From: Tagaea sp.
GTDB lineage: Bacteria > Pseudomonadota > Alphaproteobacteria > CACIAM-22H2
Assembly (NCBI GenBank): GCA_965279525.1
Contig: CBDIIB010000003.1
Span: 96,001 to 160,000 of the forward strand
Direction: 5' to 3'
DNA length: 64,000 nt
Of this stretch, positions 10,603-18,816 are shown in pieces. How positions within the stretch are numbered: position 1 is the stretch's first letter; each line of letters starts with the position of its first letter. A model generated the notes under the pieces. The model was not told where the DNA came from. It saw only the letters and a list, made by a program, of their open reading frames with translations, and ran no database searches. Position numbers and translations under genes: made by a program.

Positions 10603-11582
10603 TGTCCGGCACACGGCCCGTCGTCGGTTTCATCGGGATCGGCGTGATGGGCGCGTCCATGACGATGAACCTGCTTCGCGCCGGGTACAGGATCGTCATA
10701 AGCGACCTTCGCGTTGACGCCGCTTCCGAGCAGCTCGCCGCAGGGGCGCAATGGGCGAACACTGCGGCGGAAACTGCGGCGCGGAGCGACGTAGTGTTCA
10801 CTTGCCTGCCGAGCCTCGAGGCGATCGAGGCGGCGACGGTCGGTCCCAACGGCATACTCGAAGGCATGCGCGAGGGTGGCGCGTGCTTCGAAACCTCTAC
10901 GAACTCGATTGGCTTGCTCAAAAAGCTGAACGAGGCGTTCGTGAAGAAGGGCTGCCACTTGCTCGATGCCCCAATCAGCGGTGGCGCGCTTGGCGCAAAG
11001 CGCGGACGAATGGCATTCTGGGTCGGTGGCGACCGGGCGGTTTTCGATCGGTTTCGGCCCGTCCTCAAAGCGATGGGCGATAAGCCGACTTATGTCGGTG
11101 CCATCGGCGCCGGTCTCGTGACGAAACTCGTCCACAACAGCGCCAGCCAAGCCATGCAGGCGGCTCTCGCTGAGGTTTTCGTGCTCGGAGTCAAGGCGGG
11201 TGCCGAACCGCTTGGGCTGTGGAAGGCGATCCGGCAGGGATCGATCGGGCGGCGCAGGACGTTCGACGGCCTCGCCGACGAGTTTCTCCCGGCAAATTTC
11301 GATCCGCCGCATGCCTCGCTGGAGATCGTCGAGAAGGACCTGAAACTCGCGACGGAACTTGGCCGCGAACTTCGTGTACCGATGCGGATCGCCAATCTGG
11401 CGCTTGCCGACATCCTTGAGGCGATGAATCGTGGTTGGGGCGGCAGGGATGCCCGTTCGGTGATGCTCCTTCCGCAGGAGCGGGCCGGGGTCTCGATCAA
11501 GGTCGATCCGGCGCTCGTCCGGGAGGTGTTCGTCGAAGACCCGCCGGCACCGAGCGACGCGAAGCACGGCGACGGCGTCTGA
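10602..11582 (+). CDS. NAD(P)-dependent beta-hydroxyacid dehydrogenase (3-hydroxyisobutyrate dehydrogenase family)
   Basis: GFIGIGVMG, LDAPISGG, catalytic Lys in TKLVHN, KDLKLA. Confidence 0.9.
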   Translation: MSGTRPVVGFIGIGVMGASMTMNLLRAGYRIVISDLRVDAASEQLAAGAQWANTAAETAARSDVVFTCLPSLEAIEAATVGPNGILEGMREGGACFETSTNSIGLLKKLNEAFVKKGCHLLDAPISGGALGAKRGRMAFWVGGDRAVFDRFRPVLKAMGDKPTYVGAIGAGLVTKLVHNSASQAMQAALAEVFVLGVKAGAEPLGLWKAIRQGSIGRRRTFDGLADEFLPANFDPPHASLEIVEKDLKLATELGRELRVPMRIANLALADILEAMNRGWGGRDARSVMLLPQERAGVSIKVDPALVREVFVEDPPAPSDAKHGDGV

Positions 11583-11641
11583 ACCTGAAATCCAAGCCTA
11601 TCTCCGGAGATCCGGAGACGGACCGGACAAGGAACGTAAAT

Positions 11642-13345
11642 ATGATCGGATCAAGCGGCAACTGGGACCATGAGACCGATCTATTGGTCTTCGGAAGCGG
11701 TGTGGCCGGACTGTCGGCCGGGATCTTCGCCCGCAAGAAGGGGCTCCGTGTCCTGATTTGCGAGAAAATGCCGGTCATTGGCGGGACGACGGCGACGTCG
11801 GGTGGGTTTGCGTGGGTGCCGAATACCTATCAGGCAAAGGCGGCGGGTGCGGAGGATTCGGTCGAGAAGGCGCGAACCTACCTGCGCAACGAGCTTGGGA
11901 ACTACTACCGGGCCGATCTTGTCGAAGCGTTCCTCGAGGCTGGCCCGAAGGCGATCGCGGAGCTGCAGCAGGACACCGAGGTCGTCTACGACTACGTGAA
12001 GTGGCCCGACTACCACGCAGAGACCGAGGGCGGCGTTCTCGAGGGACGAACACTCGAACCGCGCCGATTCGACGGTCGGAAACTCGGACGGGATTTCGAG
12101 CTTCTCCGCCCGCCAATCCACCGCCTTATGCTTCTGGGCGGGATGTCGATCGACAAGCGCAAGGTCGACGACTTCCTCAACCCATTCCGGTCGATTGGCG
12201 GTTTCGTCTCCGTGATGTCGACGGTTGCGCGCTATGCGATGGATCGGCTCCGCTACTCGCGCGGAACTGATATCGGCGCCGGCAATGCCCTTGTCGCAAG
12301 GATGCTATTGACGTTGCGCAAGATGGACGCGGAGATTTGGATCCGCTCGTCCATCGTCGAGTTGGTCGTGGAAGATTCGAAGGTGATCGGCGCGGTCGTA
12401 GATCATGACGGCGGAAAACATCGCATTCGCGCTCACCGTGGCGTTTTTCTGGGGACCGGCGGGTTCCCCCACAACGCCGAAATGCGGCGCGAGCTCGGCC
12501 CTAACCATCCGCATGACCACTCGGTCGGCTGGATCGGGAATATCGGCCAAGGCATCAATGCGGCACGGAAAGCCGGCGCCGTGATCGACGACAATGTCGT
12601 CGGTTCCGGCCTTTGGCAGCCGTCATCTGTCCTGAAGCATCCGGATGGTCGCGAGGAGACGATCCTCTACGGCTATCTCGACCGGGGGAAGCCCGGCCTG
12701 ATTGCCATCGATGCAAGCGGGAAGCGGTTCGTCAACGAGTCGTCGACTTACCACGACATCGGTGCCGCGATGTTCAAGAACGGCGTCGCAGATGGAAACC
12801 GGTTCTATTTCATCTGTGACCGGAAGTTCGTCTGGCGCTGGGGGCTAGGCATGATTCGGCCGTATCGCCCGTCGCTTCGCCCCTACGAAAAGAGCGGCTA
12901 CATCGCCGTCGGTTCGAGCATCGAAGAGCTTGCTGGAAAGATTGGCGTCGACCCGAAGGGGTTGGCGGACTCGGTTCGGAAAAACAACGAATATGCGCGC
13001 ACGGGCGTCGACCCGGACTTTAAGCGCGGGACCACCCCCTTCGGGTTCAAAATGCTCGGCGATCCATCGGTCAAGCCGAACCCAAATCTCGGCCCGATCG
13101 GCAATCCGCCCTATGTGGCGCTCCGGATCTATCCGTCGACGCTGGGCACGGCGATCGGCTTGAAGGCGACGGCGGATAGCCAGGTCGTCGGCTCCGATGG
13201 CCGCCCGATCGAGGGTCTCTACGCTTCGGGGCAGGACATCTCGCCGGTGATGCGCGGCTTCTACCCCGGGGGCGGAATCAATATCGGTGCTGCGATCGTC
13301 TTCGCCTATACCGCCGTGCGGCATATGGCCGGCAAACGTGCGTGA
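11642..13345 (+). CDS. FAD-dependent oxidoreductase, 3-ketosteroid-delta1-dehydrogenase / fumarate-reductase flavoprotein family
   Basis: WDHETDLLVFGSGVAG, GGTTATSGG..WVP, GKRFVNES..Y, GVDPDFKRG, IEGLYA, YPGGG..IG. ATG 11642 chosen as start. Confidence 0.85.
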   Translation: MIGSSGNWDHETDLLVFGSGVAGLSAGIFARKKGLRVLICEKMPVIGGTTATSGGFAWVPNTYQAKAAGAEDSVEKARTYLRNELGNYYRADLVEAFLEAGPKAIAELQQDTEVVYDYVKWPDYHAETEGGVLEGRTLEPRRFDGRKLGRDFELLRPPIHRLMLLGGMSIDKRKVDDFLNPFRSIGGFVSVMSTVARYAMDRLRYSRGTDIGAGNALVARMLLTLRKMDAEIWIRSSIVELVVEDSKVIGAVVDHDGGKHRIRAHRGVFLGTGGFPHNAEMRRELGPNHPHDHSVGWIGNIGQGINAARKAGAVIDDNVVGSGLWQPSSVLKHPDGREETILYGYLDRGKPGLIAIDASGKRFVNESSTYHDIGAAMFKNGVADGNRFYFICDRKFVWRWGLGMIRPYRPSLRPYEKSGYIAVGSSIEELAGKIGVDPKGLADSVRKNNEYARTGVDPDFKRGTTPFGFKMLGDPSVKPNPNLGPIGNPPYVALRIYPSTLGTAIGLKATADSQVVGSDGRPIEGLYASGQDISPVMRGFYPGGGINIGAAIVFAYTAVRHMAGKRA

Positions 13346-13366
13346 CGAGTCGCCTTGGCGTCGAGG

Positions 13367-14284
13367 TCAGTTTCCCGACGGCCTCTTGCGCACTTCTTCG
13401 ATCATCTGCTGGATACGTTCCCGATAAGGCATGAACGCGAAGCCGAACTCCCTGACGAAGCGACCGTTGTCGAACAGGTAAGCTGTCGACTGCGCCTCTC
13501 CGCCGGTCTCGTTCCGGAAGGCGATCTCGGCATCGGGGATTTCGCCCCGGACCATTCCGGCAATGTCGCCGAGGCTGAGCGTTTCGCCACCGGAATTGTA
13601 GATCGCATGCGTTGGTGCGCGCGCGAGTGCTATCAGCACAAAGACCTCGGCGGCGTCGTCGGCGTGGATGACGCAACGCATCTGGTCGCGGAACTCGAAC
13701 TCCGCCTTCTGTCCCAGTGCCGGCTTCACGATACACTCGACGTGATCGACCGAACCGATGAGCTTGTCGACGCCGGCGACGTGGGCGGCCCGGACGCCTG
13801 CGATGCACATTCCGTGCTTTTCGCGATATTCCTTCGCCTGCCACTCGTTGAAGACCTTGTGGACGGAATATTGGCGGATAGGGAATGGCGCGTCTTCTTC
13901 GGTGATCTTCCGCTTGCCGTAAGGCGCTTGGCGTCCATGAATCGCAATGGAACTCGAATAGACCACGCGTTCGACGCCGCACACGCGTGCCGCTTCAAAG
14001 CAGTTGTCCATACCGAGGACGTTGACCTTCATGGCAGGCCGCGGAAACGTCTCGCGCATGTAGCTGAGATTGATGACCGCTTCAGGCCGGTGGTCGGCGA
14101 ATGCGCTCACGACGTCCTCGAACTGGGCGAGGTCAACGCGGATGGACCGCACCTGGCTTCCGAGATCGTCGAAATGTCGTGCCGGATCGATATCGAGGGA
14201 AACGACCTCGTGCCCTTTGGCAGCAAGCGAGCGGACCACACGCCGACCAATGAAACCGGCACCGCCAATCACACAATAGACCAT
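13367..14284 (-). CDS. NAD-dependent epimerase/dehydratase (extended SDR)
   Basis: GGAGFIG, YSSS, YSVHK (YxxxK). AGGAG RBS before ATG 14284. Confidence 0.88.
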   Translation of the reverse strand: MVYCVIGGAGFIGRRVVRSLAAKGHEVVSLDIDPARHFDDLGSQVRSIRVDLAQFEDVVSAFADHRPEAVINLSYMRETFPRPAMKVNVLGMDNCFEAARVCGVERVVYSSSIAIHGRQAPYGKRKITEEDAPFPIRQYSVHKVFNEWQAKEYREKHGMCIAGVRAAHVAGVDKLIGSVDHVECIVKPALGQKAEFEFRDQMRCVIHADDAAEVFVLIALARAPTHAIYNSGGETLSLGDIAGMVRGEIPDAEIAFRNETGGEAQSTAYLFDNGRFVREFGFAFMPYRERIQQMIEEVRKRPSGN

Positions 14285-14407
14285 AAAAACTCCTAAACGG
14301 ATCGGACAGGAGATTGCCCGAGGCCTTGCCGTTCGATCAGGGATAAAAACTACAGGCGAGGCTTGCCCGGGCAAGTCGCCTCCGGATGCGACACGGCGGA
14401 CTGGACG

Positions 14408-15145
14408 CTAGTTCATGCGCCCGCGGACGAGGAGATTGAACAACTCGTTCTGCGTGCCGACCCGCAGCTTGGCGAAGGCGCGCCGTCGGTACGTGATCAC
14501 CGAGTGGATCGAGATCCCCATGTTGAGCGAGATCGCTTCGTTGAAATAGCCATCGAGGATCTGGCTGCACACGACGATCTCCTGCCGCGAAAGGGGCTGA
14601 CTGCACGCGACGGTTTCGAGGCGGCTTGCCCAATCGGCGACGGGCGATTCGCGGCAGAGATCGACATGCCGCTCCACGACGGCGGCCACAGCGGCAGCGG
14701 ACTGATTCAAGAAATCCCACTGCCGACCGGAGAACTCGCCGGCATCGTCGCCTCGGAAGAATCCGATTGCGATGGCGTCGGCCGGTCGGCGGATGACAAT
14801 GGCGGTCTTGCTCGCCATGCGCTGCGACACATAGAGGTTCTGGCGGAACGACGTGTCGGAGATCGTCCGGGCCTCGACATGATGGACGCGGAACTGCCGT
14901 TCGGGTTGTACCTGAAAGTGACGACGGATTGGATCCCTCGCATGGAGGCTTGTCGAATAGTCACGAATGGCACGGTGCATCGCTTCTTCGCCATCCCGGC
15001 TCGCTGCGAACAGCAGTTCGATTTTTCCGATCGGGTCGAACCGATATGCCACCATCTGCCGCAGGTTCAGTGCTCGGCTAACGTCGTCAAAAAGCCGTGC
15101 TGAGAATCGCGGTTTGCCGATTTCCAGAATGACGTCCTCGATCAC
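14408..15145 (-). CDS. LuxR-family HTH regulator with N-terminal sensor domain
   Basis: C-terminal LSRQE..VC..ILDG....AIS..MGISIHSV.TYRRRAFAKL. GGGGAGG RBS before GTG 15145. Confidence 0.85.
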   Translation of the reverse strand: MIEDVILEIGKPRFSARLFDDVSRALNLRQMVAYRFDPIGKIELLFAASRDGEEAMHRAIRDYSTSLHARDPIRRHFQVQPERQFRVHHVEARTISDTSFRQNLYVSQRMASKTAIVIRRPADAIAIGFFRGDDAGEFSGRQWDFLNQSAAAVAAVVERHVDLCRESPVADWASRLETVACSQPLSRQEIVVCSQILDGYFNEAISLNMGISIHSVITYRRRAFAKLRVGTQNELFNLLVRGRMN

Positions 15146-15369
15146 GGCGACCTCCCCGTTAATTATTGATATAATAAGGTTTTTTCGGGACTTATTCAAC
15201 GCCGATATGGCCCGAAAAGGGCTGCAGACGGCTGATTTTCGTGTCCCCCGCCGAGGCGACTTGGATGCCGCGGAGCTTGGCAATAGGTGTGGTATCGCCG
15301 AAGGCTACAACCCGCAATATGGCCATGCCGACTTCCTCAAAGGCCTGGCATTGGATGATCGCTGCCGAC

Positions 15370-16632
15370 ATGAAGAGCTGGCTTGAAACTGCGAATACCC
15401 CGGACTGCGAGTTTCCGCTCCGGAACCTTCCTTGCGGCGTCTTCAGCCCGGCGGGCGAAGCTCCGCGCTGTGGGGTGGCCATCGGTGACAGCGTCCTCGA
15501 TCTGTCGGTACTCGAGAGCGAAGGATGGTTCGGCCGCGATTGGACGTCAGTGTTCGCGGCATCCGCCCTGAACGGGTTCATGGCGCGGGGCCGCGACAGT
15601 TGGCGTGAAGTCCGTAATCGTCTGACCGACCTACTGGTCGACGGCGGCGATCCGCGCCTGAGCGGTAGCGGTTCCTTGCGTTCCAAGGCCCTTCGACCGC
15701 TGTCCGAAGTCGTGCAGCATCTGCCGATCAAAGTATCCGGTTTCACGGATTTCTACGCCGGCAAGAACCACGCCGTGAATGTGGGCACGCTTTTCCGAGG
15801 ACCCGAAAACGCGCTGCCGCCGAACTGGCTCAGCATCCCGATCGGGTACAACGGACGCGCGTCGACGGTTGTCGTCGATGGCACGCCGATAAAGCGCCCG
15901 TTGGGTCAGATGAAGCCTGCGGACGCCGATCTGCCGGTGTTCGGCCCGTGCCGCCGTCTCGATTTCGAGTTGGAGATGGGCGCGATCATCGGGTTGCCGT
16001 CGGAAATGGGGGCGCCGCTCTCCGTCGCACAGGCCGACGAGATGGTGTTCGGCTATGTGCTCCTGAACGACTGGTCCGCGCGGGATATCCAAGCTTGGGA
16101 GTATCAGCCGCTCGGCCCGTTCCAGTCGAAAGTTTTCGCAACGACGATCAGTCCCTGGATCGTTACGACGGCCGCCCTGGAACCGTTCCGGACCCCGACG
16201 CCGCCGCGCGAGCGTCCCCTGCTGCCGTATCTCAAAGAGCCCGGCCCGATGCTCTTCGACATCAATCTCGAAGTCCAATTGACGCCGGCCGGCGCGCACA
16301 CGCCGACCACGGTAAGTCGGACCAATTACCGGGAGATGTACTATTCGTCCGCGCAGCTGATCGCGCACCATGCGATCGGTGGATGCAAGATGGAGACGGG
16401 CGACCTGATCGGCTCGGGCACGATCTCGGGGCCGACGGATGGAAGCCAGGGTTCCCTGCTGGAGCTGACCCAGGGCGGCAAACGACCGCTACGACTGGAC
16501 GACGGAGCAAGCCGCACGTTCATCGAAGACGGAGATGTCGTGACGCTGCAGGGATATGCACGCGGGCACGACTACCGGATCGGCTTTGGAGCGTGCAGCG
16601 GGCGTGTCTTGCCGTCGCCCACGTTGGTTTGA
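15370..16632 (+). CDS. fahA: Fumarylacetoacetase
   Basis: FPLRNLPCGVFS, FTDFYAGKNHA.NVG..FRG, PIGYNGRAST, LDFELE, LNDWSARDIQAWEYQPLGPF, GDLIGSGTISG, GSLLEL. Confidence 0.93.
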   Translation: MKSWLETANTPDCEFPLRNLPCGVFSPAGEAPRCGVAIGDSVLDLSVLESEGWFGRDWTSVFAASALNGFMARGRDSWREVRNRLTDLLVDGGDPRLSGSGSLRSKALRPLSEVVQHLPIKVSGFTDFYAGKNHAVNVGTLFRGPENALPPNWLSIPIGYNGRASTVVVDGTPIKRPLGQMKPADADLPVFGPCRRLDFELEMGAIIGLPSEMGAPLSVAQADEMVFGYVLLNDWSARDIQAWEYQPLGPFQSKVFATTISPWIVTTAALEPFRTPTPPRERPLLPYLKEPGPMLFDINLEVQLTPAGAHTPTTVSRTNYREMYYSSAQLIAHHAIGGCKMETGDLIGSGTISGPTDGSQGSLLELTQGGKRPLRLDDGASRTFIEDGDVVTLQGYARGHDYRIGFGACSGRVLPSPTLV

Positions 16633-16675
16633 CGGGGCGACGCCGGTCCCTGTGCGAAGCTCTACGTCGAAGCGA

Positions 16676-17212
16676 TCAGACACCAGGCTCTTCGTGCATC
16701 CATTGGGCGTGTTTCGGCGCGCGCCGTGTTTTACTCCACTCCTCGAGCATCTCCCACTTTACCGCATCCAGACGCTTGTACATGTCGGGCGTACCGCAAT
16801 CGACCGCAAGTTCAAGCCGATGGCCATTGGGGTCAAAGAAGTAGATGCTTTTGAAGATCGTGTGGTTCGTCGGACCCACGACCTCGATGCCGTCGGCCTC
16901 GAGCCGTACCTTCGCCGCGAGAAGTGCTTCCATCGTGTCGACCTTCAGCGCGAGATGCTGCACCCAGGACGGCGTGTTGCGGTCACGATCCATAGGCGGT
17001 TGGCCGACAATTTCGAAGAACGCCAGAACATTTCCGTCTCCGGCGTCGAGAAAGACGTGCATGTACGGGTTAGGCGCCTTAGTCGAAGGGACTTCATCCT
17101 CGGCGATCGCAAGGATGAAATCCATGTCGAGATATTTTCGGTACCAGTTCACCGTCTCCTTCGCATCCCTGCAGCGATAGGCGACATGATGGACTTTCTT
17201 GACGAGCGACAT
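16676..17212 (-). CDS. VOC/glyoxalase family protein
   Basis: Metal-ligand pattern HHVAYRC, LAFFE, QHLAL and SIYFFDPNGHRLELA. Confidence 0.9.
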   Translation of the reverse strand: MSLVKKVHHVAYRCRDAKETVNWYRKYLDMDFILAIAEDEVPSTKAPNPYMHVFLDAGDGNVLAFFEIVGQPPMDRDRNTPSWVQHLALKVDTMEALLAAKVRLEADGIEVVGPTNHTIFKSIYFFDPNGHRLELAVDCGTPDMYKRLDAVKWEMLEEWSKTRRAPKHAQWMHEEPGV

Positions 17213-17533
17213 GGCGCATCTCCGATCTGGCAGCGGGAATCCGCTCGTGCTGATTGGACGTCCGTTCCTATAACGACGATATGGAGGCTTAAGTAGTCTC
17301 AGCACTTCAAGAGTTTCAAAGAGGATAGCCTAAGCAGGCGATCGTCGGGAACCAAGTCACCTGCCGAGGGGACATGTCATCGAAGGATCGAAATGCCAAA
17401 CTCGCTATCCTTTCGAAATGTTCGCTCCCAGAACGGTCGGGAGGCTTGAATCATATCGACCTGAGCACCGCTTCTGTCAGGACGACTGGGATGTGCGCCG
17501 TCCTGAAGTCGTCCAAGTTTCATTGAGGCGAGG

Positions 17534-17899
17534 ATGACAAATTTGACCAAGAGCTCTGAGCAAACGGTGTCGTCGATATCCGATCTACCGCACACGCGCG
17601 CGCAGCAACTATACGGTGACATCGCGCCAAAAATGGTCGAGTTGACCGACGGCATACTGTTCGGCGACATCTGGGAGCGGCCCCAGCTCTCCAAGCGGGA
17701 TCGCAGCCTGGTGACAGTCGGCGCGCTTATTGCGGCATATCGCCCGGAGCAGCTCCGGTCCCATCTCGCTATCGCACACAAGAATGGGCTCACGGAAGAA
17801 GAACTTGTCGAGGCGATCACGCATCTTGCGTTTTACGCCGGCTGGCCGTGTGCGGTAACGGCACTCTCGGTTGCCAAAGAAGTCTTCTCGAAGAAGTGA
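17534..17899 (+). CDS. Carboxymuconolactone decarboxylase (CMD) family protein
   Basis: LFGDIWERPQLSKRDRSLVTV...QLRSHL...NG....E..EAITHLAFYAGWP. No CxxC. Confidence 0.9.
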   Translation: MTNLTKSSEQTVSSISDLPHTRAQQLYGDIAPKMVELTDGILFGDIWERPQLSKRDRSLVTVGALIAAYRPEQLRSHLAIAHKNGLTEEELVEAITHLAFYAGWPCAVTALSVAKEVFSKK

Positions 17900-17906
17900 C
17901 GTGTAG

Positions 17907-17938
17907 CCTGATGAGGTACGTTGACCGTCGTATCAGGC
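17907..17938. terminator. Hairpin between the CMD gene and the tRNA-like fragment
   Basis: GCCTGAT ... ATCAGGC outer stem with inner GTACG/CGTAT pairing, lying between convergent units. Confidence 0.4.
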
Positions 17939-17940
17939 AA

Positions 17941-17965
17941 TGGCGCGCCGTGGTGGAATCGAACC
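17941..17965 (-). other. tRNA 3'-end-like fragment (possible att site remnant)
   Basis: Minus strand reads GGTTCGATTCC-ACC-ACGGCGC-G-CCA: T-loop, 3' T-stem, acceptor strand, discriminator and CCA at tRNA spacing. No 5' half is present. Confidence 0.55.
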
Positions 17966-18064
17966 GCGATCCAATTGAGTCCTATTCCCTAGGTAGCATC
18001 CGTAAAGATGCTGATCCTTTGGTCATCAAGCCAATTGGAATCGATAGATGGTCGGCAGAAAACC

Positions 18065-18475
18065 TCAATAGCGCACGCCTGATACCCACGCCCCCTTTCT
18101 GCCTAGACGCGGCGTGAATACGTAGTCGAAGTCGATCTCCCCGGCCTCTTCGCAGCGTGTGCGAGCCCACTCGAACAGGTTCTGAATTTCGAGCAGCCAG
18201 TCAGAGTTTTTGCCAAACATCTCGCTATAGGCATTAGACCAGACAAGGGTGTACTCGACACGCGAGATGCGGTGCAGTTCGTGTTCGATCGGCATGGATC
18301 CTTGTGCAAGCATCAGTGCCTCACTCGCGGTGATCGGTTTCAGATTGGGGGATGCCCGGCTGTGCAGCTCGGAGATCCTTTCGATCCGACTGGCGAGACG
18401 TTGCAGCGCTGGCAAGTCTTCGGTTTCCTGATGGATCGCCAGTAGTTCACGGGCCGCTTCATTCCTGTCGAGCAT
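18065..18475 (-). CDS. Hypothetical protein
   Basis: AGGAGG RBS and TGATG coupling to the upstream ORF. No recognisable motif. Confidence 0.6.
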   Translation of the reverse strand: MLDRNEAARELLAIHQETEDLPALQRLASRIERISELHSRASPNLKPITASEALMLAQGSMPIEHELHRISRVEYTLVWSNAYSEMFGKNSDWLLEIQNLFEWARTRCEEAGEIDFDYVFTPRLGRKGAWVSGVRY

Positions 18476-18816
18476 CAATCCTCCTTGAACGGGGGCTGTC
18501 TGAGCTTGCGTAGCTCCGCCTCGACGTCTACGCGCGAGAAACCGGATTTCGGCCGGCGCTCGAATGCCGGCCGGTCGAGGTCGGTTTCATCCACCGTGCG
18601 CGCCGCCAGGACGAGATGGCCTTCGGCAATGCATCTGAGCAGATAGTCGCGAACGGAGATGCCCAGCCGATCGGCGACGGCCTTCGCGCGCTCGTAGGCT
18701 TCGCCGGATTCAACGAACCGCAGCTCGATCGCCGGCCGTTCCTCCGATGGTGGTGCGGCTTGTCCGGTCGACGCTACGACCGCGAGCTTCGGCGCAGTAG
18801 GGCGAGTGCCGCTCAA
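18475..18816 (-). CDS. Hypothetical protein with possible ribbon-helix-helix (CopG-like) segment
   Basis: TTG 18816 overlaps the NERD stop (TTGA). IELRF..GEAYERAKAVADRLGISVRDYLLRCIAE fits a strand-helix-G-x-S-helix pattern. Confidence 0.6.
   Translation of the reverse strand: MSGTRPTAPKLAVVASTGQAAPPSEERPAIELRFVESGEAYERAKAVADRLGISVRDYLLRCIAEGHLVLAARTVDETDLDRPAFERRPKSGFSRVDVEAELRKLRQPPFKED

Noticed and set aside
17909-17965. Hammerhead ribozyme suggested by CTGATGAG
   Set aside because: The stem after CTGATGA is not followed by GAAA, and the sequence is explained by a simple hairpin.
17941-18020. Complete tRNA gene
   Set aside because: Only the 3' 25 nt are tRNA-like; no D-arm, anticodon arm or complementary 5' acceptor strand.
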